Positions 49,497 to 59,568 of a stretch of 64,000 nucleotides of DNA are shown one piece after another (within the stretch, counting starts at the first letter, position 1; each line of letters begins with the position of its first letter). This DNA is from a virus (lineage: Duplodnaviria > Caudoviricetes). The translations under genes and the position numbers were made by a program. The notes beneath the pieces were generated by a model, which saw only the letters and a program-made list of their open reading frames with translations, was not told the origin of the DNA and made no database searches. The stretch is taken from the IMG/VR virus record IMGVR_UViG_3300033074_000711, positions 64,001 to 128,000 of that record; one strand, written 5' to 3'.

Positions 49497-49988
49497 ATGT
49501 CAACTATAAGGTCTAGAAAAAATAAAGGAAGAATGTTACAAAATAAAGTGCGTGATATTTTACGAGAATCTTATATTAATAAATTAGAAGACGGCGATAT
49601 AGAATCTAGACCAATGGGATGTAGTGGAACTGATATAATTTTATCACCATTAGCTATGAAAATGATTCCATTTGATATTGAATGTAAAAATCAAGAAAAG
49701 TTAAACTTATTATCAGCTATAGAACAAGCAGAAACAAACGCTAAAAGAGATAGAATTTCTATAGTAATATTTAAAAAAAATCGTTCTAAAATATTTTGCT
49801 GTTTAAAATTAAATGATTTGGTAAAAATTGATTATACATATCAATATATAGATAAAAGTTTAATACGTGAAGTGAAAACATTAGATATATGGAAAAAGTT
49901 AGATACTAAAGATTGGTTCGCATTTAAATATAATAATTATATGTATATGTGTTTATTGTTTGAACATATTATTAAAAATTTTAAATAA
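49497..49988 (+). CDS. Holliday junction resolvase-like PD-(D/E)XK nuclease
   Basis: SRKNKGR.LQ, G.DIIL...DIECKNQE. Confidence 0.75.
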   Translation: MSTIRSRKNKGRMLQNKVRDILRESYINKLEDGDIESRPMGCSGTDIILSPLAMKMIPFDIECKNQEKLNLLSAIEQAETNAKRDRISIVIFKKNRSKIFCCLKLNDLVKIDYTYQYIDKSLIREVKTLDIWKKLDTKDWFAFKYNNYMYMCLLFEHIIKNFK

Positions 49989-49991
49989 CTA

Positions 49992-50030
49992 TTTATTTTT
50001 GCTAATTTTTTTATTATATTTATATTTATA
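49992..50030 (+). promoter_or_regulatory. Overlapping early-like (TTTATT-N17-TATATT) and late-like (TATATTTATA) motifs
   Basis: Read directly. Confidence 0.55.
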
Positions 50031-50065
50031 AAATATAACAACAAATTTAAATAACGAGGAAAAAA

Positions 50066-50425
50066 ATGCAAAAAAATAAAAAAGAATTAGAAGCTTTATT
50101 AGTTAAAACTAAAAAAGTTAAAAAAATTTTAGAAAATCAATTGAATGAAAAATATAATCCTGATGTACTTTCAAAATTAGAATCTAATTATAATCAACTT
50201 ATAAAGTTAAATCAACAATATAAAAACACATTAGATATATTTAATGAATTTGTTAATAACAGCAAAAAGTATGAAAATCAAATTAAAGATGATATAAAAA
50301 AATATAAAAGCGGTGGTTTAGAAGATGAGATTATAGATATATCAACAAAATTAAAAGATAATGTAAATTTTATGTTATATTATTTAAAAGGAATTAAAAA
50401 AATAGCAGAAGACCTTGATTGGTAA
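50066..50425 (+). CDS. Leader-bearing small protein (putative internal head protein)
   Basis: MQKNKKELEALLVKTKKVKKILENQLNE. Confidence 0.65.
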   Translation: MQKNKKELEALLVKTKKVKKILENQLNEKYNPDVLSKLESNYNQLIKLNQQYKNTLDIFNEFVNNSKKYENQIKDDIKKYKSGGLEDEIIDISTKLKDNVNFMLYYLKGIKKIAEDLDW

Positions 50426-50486
50426 AAAAATTAATTTAAATATTATTTTTTTTTGTTAATTTATAAAAATAATTAAATATAAGAGC

Positions 50487-50855
50487 ATGTATATGAAATT
50501 AAAGAATTTATTAGAATCTGAGGATAAGTATAATAAAAATCAAGTCAGAACAGATATAATAAATGCTTTAATAAAAAAATTTAAAACAGAATATGGTATA
50601 ATTTTATCAAAATATGATATTAATGAGTGGACTGATACAGTTTATTTTAAAAATGTAAAAAATGTTTTTAATAATAAAATTTCAGAACCAAGCATTGAAT
50701 TTGTTTTTGAGTTACATATAGATTTAAGCACATGGTATGGTGATTGTTATGTTTCTAGCTTTTATATGAATTTTGAAAAATTTAATTTACCTGGAAAAAT
50801 AATAATAAACGATGAAATTTTAGAGTATGATGTTAAAAAGAAAAAATTTAAATAA
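50487..50855 (+). CDS. Hypothetical protein with MKLKNLLE leader
   Basis: ORF lying between the two repeats. Confidence 0.6.
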   Translation: MYMKLKNLLESEDKYNKNQVRTDIINALIKKFKTEYGIILSKYDINEWTDTVYFKNVKNVFNNKISEPSIEFVFELHIDLSTWYGDCYVSSFYMNFEKFNLPGKIIINDEILEYDVKKKKFK

Positions 50856-50865
50856 CGAGGAAAAA

Positions 50866-51294
50866 ATGGAAAAGAACAAAAAACAATTAGAAGCTTTATT
50901 AGTTAAAACTAAAAAAGTTCAAAAGATTTTAGAGAGTCAGTTGAATGAAGAAGATTTTAACAAAGATAATGAGTTATTAGCAATTAAACTATTAAATAAA
51001 GAACTAAAACAATTAGGTTTCCCAACGGTGAAGGAAAATCATGATTTTTATGATGATTTTAAAGTAAGTTATTTAAAAGATATTTTAAAAATTGGTAATA
51101 TTTTTAAATATGCTTTTGATGAGTTTGGTTTTGTTGTGACTAAATCTGTGATGTCTGGGTATAACGGTGTTTATGAGTTTAGCATCGGTACAGAATATAA
51201 AAAACCACATTCAGCATTTAGTAATAATGATTTTTTCTATAAAATTACAATTTCACTACCAGAAAATAAAGCTACAGTAAAAAAATTAAGATAA
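50866..51294 (+). CDS. Leader-bearing small protein (putative internal head protein)
   Basis: GAGG RBS; MEKNKKQLEALLVKTKKVQKILESQLNE. Confidence 0.65.
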   Translation: MEKNKKQLEALLVKTKKVQKILESQLNEEDFNKDNELLAIKLLNKELKQLGFPTVKENHDFYDDFKVSYLKDILKIGNIFKYAFDEFGFVVTKSVMSGYNGVYEFSIGTEYKKPHSAFSNNDFFYKITISLPENKATVKKLR

Positions 51295-51304
51295 AATAAT
51301 TTTA

Positions 51305-51331
51305 GGCAGTTGAAATACACTGCCAATTTTT
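51305..51331 (+). terminator. Intrinsic terminator-like hairpin
   Basis: Stem GGCAGT / ACTGCC followed by AATTTTT. Confidence 0.6.
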
Positions 51332-51368
51332 ATAAAATTGTTACATAAAAAGTTATAACGAGAAAAAA

Positions 51369-52340
51369 ATGCATAAAGAAAGATTAAAATTATTAATCTC
51401 ACTTGCAATAAATCAATCTGATATTAAAATCAAAAACGATGAAATATTAATCTGGTGCCCTATCTGTAATAAATCCAGAAGTAATAAAAAAATTTCATTA
51501 AATATTAACCATAACTCAAAAACATTTGGTAAGTGGCATTGTTGGGTTTGTGAAAATACAAATAATGCTAAAGGCAATACAATACAATCTTTATTTAAAT
51601 TTTTTAATTCTACTGAAAATTATTATATTCAATTAAAAATATTATTAGAAGAATTAAATATAACACAAGATTTTAAAACTGAAGAAAATATAGAAGAAGA
51701 AAAAGTAATATTTCCAACAAATGAAATAATACCTATAAATAAACCAAATAGTAAATATTTATTTGAAATAACAAATGCTGTAAATTATTTAAATAATAGG
51801 GGAATAGATAAAACATTAATAAATGTTTATAATATGCATGTTGGTGTTTTAGGTGATTATCAAAATAGAGTTATAATACCATCTTATGATAATAACTATA
51901 AAGTTAATTACTTTACAGCAAGAAGTATGTATAATACTAAATTAAAATACTTAAATCCAAATGTATCTAAAAATAAAATAATCTTTGAAAATATTTTAAA
52001 TTTTAATTATCCTATATTATTAGTTGAGGGAATGTTTGATGCTATAACAGCCAGAAGAAATAGTACGGCTTTAATGGGTAAAACTGTTAATGATAAATTA
52101 TTTCAAAAAATTAATAATAATAGCACTCCAGTTATAGTGTGTTTAGATAAAGATGCAAAAAATAATGCTATAAAAATTATTGAAACTTTTTTAGAACATA
52201 ATATTGAAACATATTATATACAAATGGATAAAAAAGACCCTAATGAAATTGGGTTTGAAAAATTTATAAAAAATTATTATAATAATAAAGTTAAAGTTAA
52301 TTTTGATACATTGATTAAAATAAGATTAAACTTTTTATAA
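51369..52340 (+). CDS. DNA primase (zinc finger plus Toprim)
   Basis: CPIC...HCWVC, YLNNRGI, RVIIP, KYLNP, VEGMFDA, LDKDA, KDPNE. Confidence 0.92.
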   Translation: MHKERLKLLISLAINQSDIKIKNDEILIWCPICNKSRSNKKISLNINHNSKTFGKWHCWVCENTNNAKGNTIQSLFKFFNSTENYYIQLKILLEELNITQDFKTEENIEEEKVIFPTNEIIPINKPNSKYLFEITNAVNYLNNRGIDKTLINVYNMHVGVLGDYQNRVIIPSYDNNYKVNYFTARSMYNTKLKYLNPNVSKNKIIFENILNFNYPILLVEGMFDAITARRNSTALMGKTVNDKLFQKINNNSTPVIVCLDKDAKNNAIKIIETFLEHNIETYYIQMDKKDPNEIGFEKFIKNYYNNKVKVNFDTLIKIRLNFL

Positions 52341-52345
52341 ATTTT

Positions 52346-52355
52346 TATATTTATA
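52346..52355 (+). promoter_or_regulatory. Putative late promoter TATATTTATA
   Basis: Context nearly identical to 50021-50060. Confidence 0.6.
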
Positions 52356-52392
52356 AAATATAACAATAAATTTAAATAGAGGATATCAAAAA

Positions 52393-52740
52393 ATGCAACA
52401 GGAAAAAGCACAAAAATTATTAACAAAAGTTAAAAAGTTAAAAAAACTTTTAGAAAGTAAATTGAAAGAATATTATACTTCACCAATGAGCACAAAAGAA
52501 TTAATGAAAACTGTATTAAATGATAAAGAACTATTAAATAAAGTTATAAAAAATTCTAAACAAATTATTCCAGGTAAAACATATTTATGTATCACAACTG
52601 CTGAAGGTAGTGATGAAATAATTGCAACAACTATGAGAATCGGGCAAACAGTTAGAAAAGCATATATAGGCTTACATGAACCAGTTACTAAAAATAATGT
52701 TGTTAAGGCTATAAAAGGTGATATGCCAGAAGATTATTAA
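52393..52740 (+). CDS. Leader-bearing small protein (putative internal head protein)
   Basis: MQQEKAQKLLTKVKKLKKLLESKLKE. Confidence 0.65.
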   Translation: MQQEKAQKLLTKVKKLKKLLESKLKEYYTSPMSTKELMKTVLNDKELLNKVIKNSKQIIPGKTYLCITTAEGSDEIIATTMRIGQTVRKAYIGLHEPVTKNNVVKAIKGDMPEDY

Positions 52741-52763
52741 TAAAATTTAATAAAAATTTTTAT

Positions 52764-52803
52764 ATTTATAATAGATACTATATTTTTAGTATCTATTATA
52801 AAT
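52764..52803. repeat. Perfect 17-bp inverted repeat with 6-nt loop
   Basis: ATTTATAATAGATACTA / TAGTATCTATTATAAAT. Confidence 0.85.
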
Positions 52804-52826
52804 TAGTTAAAATAGGAGACGTTCCG

Positions 52827-53261
52827 ATGTTATCAGAAATATTACAAAAATTAATTGATGAAATGTTTTATAATTTATCTAAACCAGAAGTACAAAATTA
52901 TAAAAGCAAATACACAAAGATATCATTTATTAAAGAATTTTGCACAATTAAATTAGGCACACATAGAAGAGCAGGTCATACAACAGCCGCTTGGTCATTA
53001 AATTTAAGGCAAAAGTATAATATTTTATATGTGATTAAAAATAAAAAAGCATATAAAGATTATATTACAACAAATTCAAATGTTATTGAATTTGTAGATA
53101 ATTTCGATTTTTATACTAATTTTGAAAATTTAATAATTTCTAAAAAAATAAATGTTATTATAATAGACCCATCATTTTATTTATCTGATTCAATAACTAA
53201 ACAAATTATAAATAATTTACCGATAGAACACGGAAATATTATTTTAGTTTTATTACAATAA
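52827..53261 (+). CDS. Small degenerate P-loop-like protein
   Basis: RRAGHTT (Walker A-like), VIIID (Walker B-like). Confidence 0.5.
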   Translation: MLSEILQKLIDEMFYNLSKPEVQNYKSKYTKISFIKEFCTIKLGTHRRAGHTTAAWSLNLRQKYNILYVIKNKKAYKDYITTNSNVIEFVDNFDFYTNFENLIISKKINVIIIDPSFYLSDSITKQIINNLPIEHGNIILVLLQ

Positions 53262-53277
53262 AATAGGAAAAAGTTAT

Positions 53278-56200
53278 ATGGTTAAAAAAATAGTTCACAT
53301 ATCAGATATTCATATTAGATTAGTTTCAAGATTAAAAGAGTATGAATATGTTTTTAACTCGTTATATAATAAACTTCAAGAAATTAAAGATGAATTTATA
53401 ATAGTTTTAACTGGTGATATATTTCATTCAAAAACTGAATTATCACCAGAATCAGTCACATTAGCTAAAAATTTATTTATTAGTTTATCTAATATTGCTC
53501 CAACATTTATAATACCAGGTAATCATGACGCTAACTTATTCAATGATAATAGAATGGATTCTATAACACCAATTATAGATACCATAAAATTTTCTAACAA
53601 TATTTTACCATTAACTTATTATAAAAATTCTGGTGTATATAATTATAAAAATTTAGATTTTGTTCATTTATCTGTTTTTGATGATGTTGATAAATATTCA
53701 GAAATAATTTCAAATTATGAAAAAAATGAAAATGTTAGCATAATTTTATATCATGGTGTTGTTCAAAATTGCAAATTACCAAATAACATGTTATTAGCCG
53801 ATGGTTTATCTAATAACATATTAGAACAAGCTGATTTAGCATTACTTGGTGATATACACTTATTTCAATATATGAATGATAATAAAACTATTGCTTATCC
53901 TGGTTCTTTAATATGTCAAAATTACGGTGAAAAATTAGAACATGGTTTTTTAATATGGGATGTTGAAAATAAAGATAGTGAATTTATAGAAATTTATAAT
54001 AAATATTCTTATTGTAATGTTTTTGAAAATAATTATGATAAAATAAATATTCCAGAAGAAGGTAAAATAAAATTAAACGTTAATAATGATATTGATGATA
54101 GTAAACTAAATTCTATTGTTTTTAATATAAAACAAAAATATCCAAATTTAACTGATTTTACTATAAACAAAATAAATTCAAAAGAGAATACCCAAGTTTT
54201 AACTAAAAATGAAATTTTAGATTTGATTGATATTAAAGATACTTTTCAAATAATTTTAAAATATATACAAAAAAATAATAAACTTACACAAGATGATATT
54301 GATATTTTGAGAAAAATGCACTCAATTTATGAAAATTCAATAGTTATTGATGAAAAATATAATCACAAATGGCATCCTATAAAATTTGAATGGAGTAATA
54401 CATTTTCATATGGTGAAAATAATTGCTTAGATTTTAGTAACATTGATAATAACATTATAGGAATTTTTGCACCGAATAGAACTGGTAAAACGTCATTTAT
54501 TGAATCATTAACATATACGCTTTTTGATAAAATTAATAAAGATTCTAATTTATCTGGTATTTTAAATGTTGATTCTGATATGTTTAAATGCAGATTAACA
54601 TTAAATTTAAACGATGAAATTTATTTAATAGAAAAAATAGTTAAAAGAACTAAAACAGGTGCATCATTAAGTAACTTTAAATTTGAAAAACAAATTGATG
54701 GTGTTTTTGAATCATTAAATGATGTTGATAAAAATGCTACTATAAAATTAATGCGAGAATTAATCGGCACATATGAAAACTTTATTTTAACAGCTTATAA
54801 CTCACAATTTAAAAATAAAAGTATTATAGATATTGGTGATTCTGATAGAAAAACTTTAATAAGTCAATTTATAGGTTTGGATGTTTTTGATAAATATCAC
54901 GAACTTTGTAAAAATGTTATAAAGGAATTAAATGCTGTTATAAAATTTAAAAATATAGATAAATTGAACTCAGAATTACAAACAAATGAATTAGATATAG
55001 AGCATACTAACAAATGTATTGAAGATATACATAAAAAACTAACAGACTTTGAAGAGAGTATAGAAGAACAACAAAAGCTAATAAATGAATTAGAGTTACA
55101 AAAAAATTTAATACAAATAGAAAACATAGATATTGATAAAATTAATTCCGAATATTATAGTATTAATAATAAAATAAAAGAATTAAATGATAACAATATA
55201 AAATCAAATGAAAAATTAAACTTTTTAGAAAAATCTATAGAAGATATAAAAATAAATGAAGAAGAAATAGGTATTATAGAAAAGAATTATTTTGAAATAT
55301 TAAAGTTATCTGATGAAGAAAAAAAACTATCAAATGATTTTAATTTATATGAAATTAAAATTAAACAAAAGATTGATAAATCTGACAAACTGTTGGTTTT
55401 AGAATATGATGAAAATTGTACATATTGTATGAATAATGTTTTTGTTAAAGACGCAATAAATGCCAAATCTGAGATACAAAGAGATTTAGATGAAGCTACT
55501 AATTTAAAAAATAAATTAGATGAAATTAAAAAACTAACTATAAATAAGAATGATATTGAAACTAAATATTTTAGTTTAAATAATAAATTAAAAGAATTAA
55601 ATAATCTAAAGCAACTAAAAATAAATGTTAATAATGAAATTTCTAATAATAATATTAAATTAAATGAATTAAATAATAAATTATTAGAAATCACTAAAAA
55701 ACAAGAGCAATATGAAAAGAATAAAATTTTAATACAGGATAAATTTTTATTAGAGCAAGAAATCTACCAAAAAAATAATAAATTAAATATTGATAAATCA
55801 TCTTACAAAACTTTAAATTCAGATTTACAGCGTGAAATAGCTAATAAGAGTTATAAAGAAAATCAAATGGATAATTTATTAAAAGAAATAGAAGAATATA
55901 ATAATACAAAAAAATTAGTAGATTTATATAATATTTACTTACAAGCCACACATAGAGATGGTGTTCAATTAGATATTATTTCAAATATTTTACCATATTT
56001 GCAAGCCACTATAAATAATATGTTAAAAAATGTAGATGAATCACAAGTAATATTAGAATTAGATAAAAATAAAGATATTTCTATATTTATTAATTATGGA
56101 GATAAGGTTTGGAGTACTGGATTAATAAGCGGTATGGAAAAGTTTATGCTTTCATTAGTAACTAGAACAGCACTAATGAAAATTTGTAATATACCACATC

Positions 56201-56400
56201 CAGATTTTTTAATAATTGATGAAGGCTTTGGTGTTTTAGATGCTGATAACTTTGGTAATATTAAAACATTGATGGAATATTTAAAAACTGAATTTAAGTT
56301 TATTATGTTGGTTTCTCACATTGCACAAGTTAAAGAAATGGCTGATGTTGTAATTAATATTGATAAAATAGATAATAGAAGTAAATTATATTATGCTTGA
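53278..56400 (+). CDS. Mre11/SbcD nuclease fused to Rad50/SbcC ATPase
   Basis: SDIH, GDIFH, GNHD, LGDIH, YPGS; APNRTGKT, coiled coil with CTYC hook, ISGMEK, IIDEGFG, VSH. Confidence 0.93.
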   Translation: MVKKIVHISDIHIRLVSRLKEYEYVFNSLYNKLQEIKDEFIIVLTGDIFHSKTELSPESVTLAKNLFISLSNIAPTFIIPGNHDANLFNDNRMDSITPIIDTIKFSNNILPLTYYKNSGVYNYKNLDFVHLSVFDDVDKYSEIISNYEKNENVSIILYHGVVQNCKLPNNMLLADGLSNNILEQADLALLGDIHLFQYMNDNKTIAYPGSLICQNYGEKLEHGFLIWDVENKDSEFIEIYNKYSYCNVFENNYDKINIPEEGKIKLNVNNDIDDSKLNSIVFNIKQKYPNLTDFTINKINSKENTQVLTKNEILDLIDIKDTFQIILKYIQKNNKLTQDDIDILRKMHSIYENSIVIDEKYNHKWHPIKFEWSNTFSYGENNCLDFSNIDNNIIGIFAPNRTGKTSFIESLTYTLFDKINKDSNLSGILNVDSDMFKCRLTLNLNDEIYLIEKIVKRTKTGASLSNFKFEKQIDGVFESLNDVDKNATIKLMRELIGTYENFILTAYNSQFKNKSIIDIGDSDRKTLISQFIGLDVFDKYHELCKNVIKELNAVIKFKNIDKLNSELQTNELDIEHTNKCIEDIHKKLTDFEESIEEQQKLINELELQKNLIQIENIDIDKINSEYYSINNKIKELNDNNIKSNEKLNFLEKSIEDIKINEEEIGIIEKNYFEILKLSDEEKKLSNDFNLYEIKIKQKIDKSDKLLVLEYDENCTYCMNNVFVKDAINAKSEIQRDLDEATNLKNKLDEIKKLTINKNDIETKYFSLNNKLKELNNLKQLKINVNNEISNNNIKLNELNNKLLEITKKQEQYEKNKILIQDKFLLEQEIYQKNNKLNIDKSSYKTLNSDLQREIANKSYKENQMDNLLKEIEEYNNTKKLVDLYNIYLQATHRDGVQLDIISNILPYLQATINNMLKNVDESQVILELDKNKDISIFINYGDKVWSTGLISGMEKFMLSLVTRTALMKICNIPHPDFLIIDEGFGVLDADNFGNIKTLMEYLKTEFKFIMLVSHIAQVKEMADVVINIDKIDNRSKLYYA

Positions 56401-59400
56401 GAAAAAAAGTAACAGACAATATTTAGAAAAAGTTAATGTCTTATTAGAGGATGTTGATAATACTATTTTTAATATTACCAACATTCCTCAAATATTATAC
56501 AGTGGTAATAATCATTTTTTAATTTATGGCTCAGATAAATTAAAACAAAATTCTGAAATAGCTATAGAAATTTTAGATAGTAATAATAATACAATTTATT
56601 ACGAAATTTCAAAGGACTATAATTTTGGCGGTAATAGATTAGTGTCAATAAAAATATTTGATTATGTTGAAAATGGTTTAGCAACATTGACAATATTAGG
56701 TATATTAAACACAAATGATGTTGAATGGAAAAATAAATATAATGTTAAAACAACAAGAAAAATAATAGTTGATAAAACATTAAATAATAACAGTGATATT
56801 ATTTTTAAAAATTTTCCAACAGCTAGTATTAATGAAGTTTTTAGAACAGATTTAAATACAGAAAATTCAACAATTTATTCAAATTACAACTCAGGTTCGA
56901 TTAGCACATATATTGCAACTAATGTTAAAAATACCAATTTAAATTATAGTACAATGAAATTGGTAAGTGGTTCGCTTAATGAAAAAATGTTAAATTCTAA
57001 AATTGAAATATATAGTGGTAGCATAACACATAGTGCAATTATAGATAGGATAGTTAATGAAACTTATTGTTATATAAAACCAAATTATTTAGAAAATGAT
57101 ATTGTAAAAACTTTTGACAATTGTAATTATAATATACAATACATTAATAGTACATATCAAGAAACATTTTTATCATCATCTTATGCTGAAATTGTATTAA
57201 ACAATTTAGAAACATTATCAGGTAAAATAGATAAAATTAAAGTCTTTTCAAAAAATATAAATAGAAATGAAGATTATAAGTTATTAGGAGATTATCCACT
57301 ATTATCATGGAATAATTATTATGCGTGGAGTGGTTCATTATTAATAGATACTGGTGTATTAAAAAAATATTGGAGTTCATATTATGATAATGGTGGTTTA
57401 ATCTCCACAAATTACATTATAACAGAAAATGATAATGTCTTATTAAATTCTATACAAATTAATACAGAACCACATGAAAGTACCGCATATGCTTATATAG
57501 TTAATAATACACCTTTTACTGTTATAAAGGGCAATAAATATGTTTTAGAATTTGATAGAGCAGTTTTATTAAAAGATTTATATAACACTGATTGTAATTT
57601 TAAAATAAGTGCATATGGCACAAGCTTATATAATTCAGATGAAACATTATTATACGAAGAATATAATATAGATAATACTGTTATATCACCAACATATTTG
57701 GGTAAAAAATTCATAGTGTTTGAACCAAATAAAACAGGTACATTATTTATTAAATTTATTTTTGGTGCTGGCACATGGTATTTATCTAATTTAAAATTAT
57801 ATGATTATTTTGATGTTGGTATAAATCCGAATAATACAAAATTATATATTCCTATTAATAATTTTAAAAGAAATGAACAATACGTTTTTAAAATAGAATA
57901 TAAAAATATAAATAATTTATCATCACAAAATTATTCTGAAATAAATTTACCATTAAATTTTATAGGTAATCCTAAATACATACAGTTAGATGATAATGTT
58001 TTAGACGGTAAATTAAAAATAGGTAATAATATAAATTCAAATGGTATAGAAATATCAGGAAAAGAAACAAACGGTTCTTATATATCATCAGTTGGTTACA
58101 AAGGATATTATAGTGCTAGTAATAATATAGGTGATTCTGGATTTTTAATTTATAGTGGGTCTGTTTTAAATACATTAACAAATGAGTATGAAAATGGTGT
58201 TGGTTTAGAATTACACGGTGGTTATAAATCAGGTAGTATGAGATTTAAAGCAGATGGTCTAAATAGTTTTTTAGAAATAACTGGTTCAATATTTGCTGAA
58301 AATGGTTATTTTTCTGGTTTGTTAAGCGCAAGTACGGGACACATTGCTAGTTTTTATATAAATGAGACAAGCATAACTTCTAATAATAATACTAATACAT
58401 CAAGATTTATTTTAAGTCAATCTGCTAATATTAGAGATATTGGTTTGCATTTAAATGATGGTAATAATGTTAATAGATTACAAATAGGATTAGTAAATAC
58501 AACAGGTAGCAAAATATCGGATTATGGTAATATAGCATTAACAAGTAGTGCAACTAATTCAGATAATATGGCGACATTATCAAAATGGTCGATTTTAGAT
58601 GATACTACACCTGGTATTGCTAGATTAGATATGAGTTCTTATACATTAACGAGTGCCAGTATTTCTATAAATTCAATACTAATTAATGAATTAGATTTTA
58701 TACCTGCTGGTGGTTATTTATATACAAACAATACTAATAATAATTTTAATTCTGTACCATCTGGTCAATATATATTAAGTGTTAAATCATATCAATCTTC
58801 TGGAAAAGATAGAGCAATTTTTAAAATAATAATAAAAGATGATAGTGATAATGTGTTATTTAATAGCAATAATTATGTAACCAATAGTGATGAATATAAT
58901 TTACATCAGTTTGCTTTTACAATAAGTGAAACAAAAAATTTAAGAATATATTATTATTGTTCTTTATTAAGTTATAATTCTCAATTTTATTTATTTGATA
59001 CAAAAATACAACCATATGTTAGTAGAATGAGTATAACAGAACGTGGTTTACTTTTATCAACATCTCCGAATAAATATATATTATTATCAGATTTTTTTAA
59101 TTTAATCGGAATTAATGAAATTCAAACTGATATTATATATGCAAATAAAATTATTTCTGATGATTTAGTTAAAATTTCTATAAATACTGATAATACAATT
59201 TTAAATTATTTTAATATTACTGGCAGTTTTGTTGATAATAATAATAATGATATTTCAAACATAAGTGCTAAGTGTTTTGATTTTTGGATATCAAAAAAAC
59301 CATATGGTCAAATAAGCACAATAGGCACATCTAATATAGAATTAAAAAATTTATATAATTGTGGGTTAATAACAAATTATACAACCAGTTCGGTCGAAGA

Positions 59401-59560
59401 TTATATTTATAAATTTAGTAATGTTAGTCAATCTGGCTTAATCAGTTCTAGTATAAATAATATATTTTCATTTTCAATTTATTCTAGTTTACCAGTAGGT
59501 GGTTATATAAACATTTCATATAATAATAAAATTTATACAGAATATTTAGATATTGCTTAA
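56393..59560 (+). CDS. Large virion structural/tail protein
   Basis: LKQNSEI.IEILD, LETLSGKI..IKVF, many SGS/TGS motifs. Confidence 0.6.
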   Translation: MLEKKSNRQYLEKVNVLLEDVDNTIFNITNIPQILYSGNNHFLIYGSDKLKQNSEIAIEILDSNNNTIYYEISKDYNFGGNRLVSIKIFDYVENGLATLTILGILNTNDVEWKNKYNVKTTRKIIVDKTLNNNSDIIFKNFPTASINEVFRTDLNTENSTIYSNYNSGSISTYIATNVKNTNLNYSTMKLVSGSLNEKMLNSKIEIYSGSITHSAIIDRIVNETYCYIKPNYLENDIVKTFDNCNYNIQYINSTYQETFLSSSYAEIVLNNLETLSGKIDKIKVFSKNINRNEDYKLLGDYPLLSWNNYYAWSGSLLIDTGVLKKYWSSYYDNGGLISTNYIITENDNVLLNSIQINTEPHESTAYAYIVNNTPFTVIKGNKYVLEFDRAVLLKDLYNTDCNFKISAYGTSLYNSDETLLYEEYNIDNTVISPTYLGKKFIVFEPNKTGTLFIKFIFGAGTWYLSNLKLYDYFDVGINPNNTKLYIPINNFKRNEQYVFKIEYKNINNLSSQNYSEINLPLNFIGNPKYIQLDDNVLDGKLKIGNNINSNGIEISGKETNGSYISSVGYKGYYSASNNIGDSGFLIYSGSVLNTLTNEYENGVGLELHGGYKSGSMRFKADGLNSFLEITGSIFAENGYFSGLLSASTGHIASFYINETSITSNNNTNTSRFILSQSANIRDIGLHLNDGNNVNRLQIGLVNTTGSKISDYGNIALTSSATNSDNMATLSKWSILDDTTPGIARLDMSSYTLTSASISINSILINELDFIPAGGYLYTNNTNNNFNSVPSGQYILSVKSYQSSGKDRAIFKIIIKDDSDNVLFNSNNYVTNSDEYNLHQFAFTISETKNLRIYYYCSLLSYNSQFYLFDTKIQPYVSRMSITERGLLLSTSPNKYILLSDFFNLIGINEIQTDIIYANKIISDDLVKISINTDNTILNYFNITGSFVDNNNNDISNISAKCFDFWISKKPYGQISTIGTSNIELKNLYNCGLITNYTTSSVEDYIYKFSNVSQSGLISSSINNIFSFSIYSSLPVGGYINISYNNKIYTEYLDIA

Positions 59561-59568
59561 GGAGTTCT

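Larger units (their letters stand above)
50045..50949 (+). repeat. Imperfect direct repeat of about 105 bp (RBS plus leader codons) at about 50045-50149 and 50845-50949
   Basis: aatttaaataacgaggaaaaaatg...aattagaagctttattagttaaaactaaaaaagtt...ttgaatgaa occurs twice. Confidence 0.9.
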
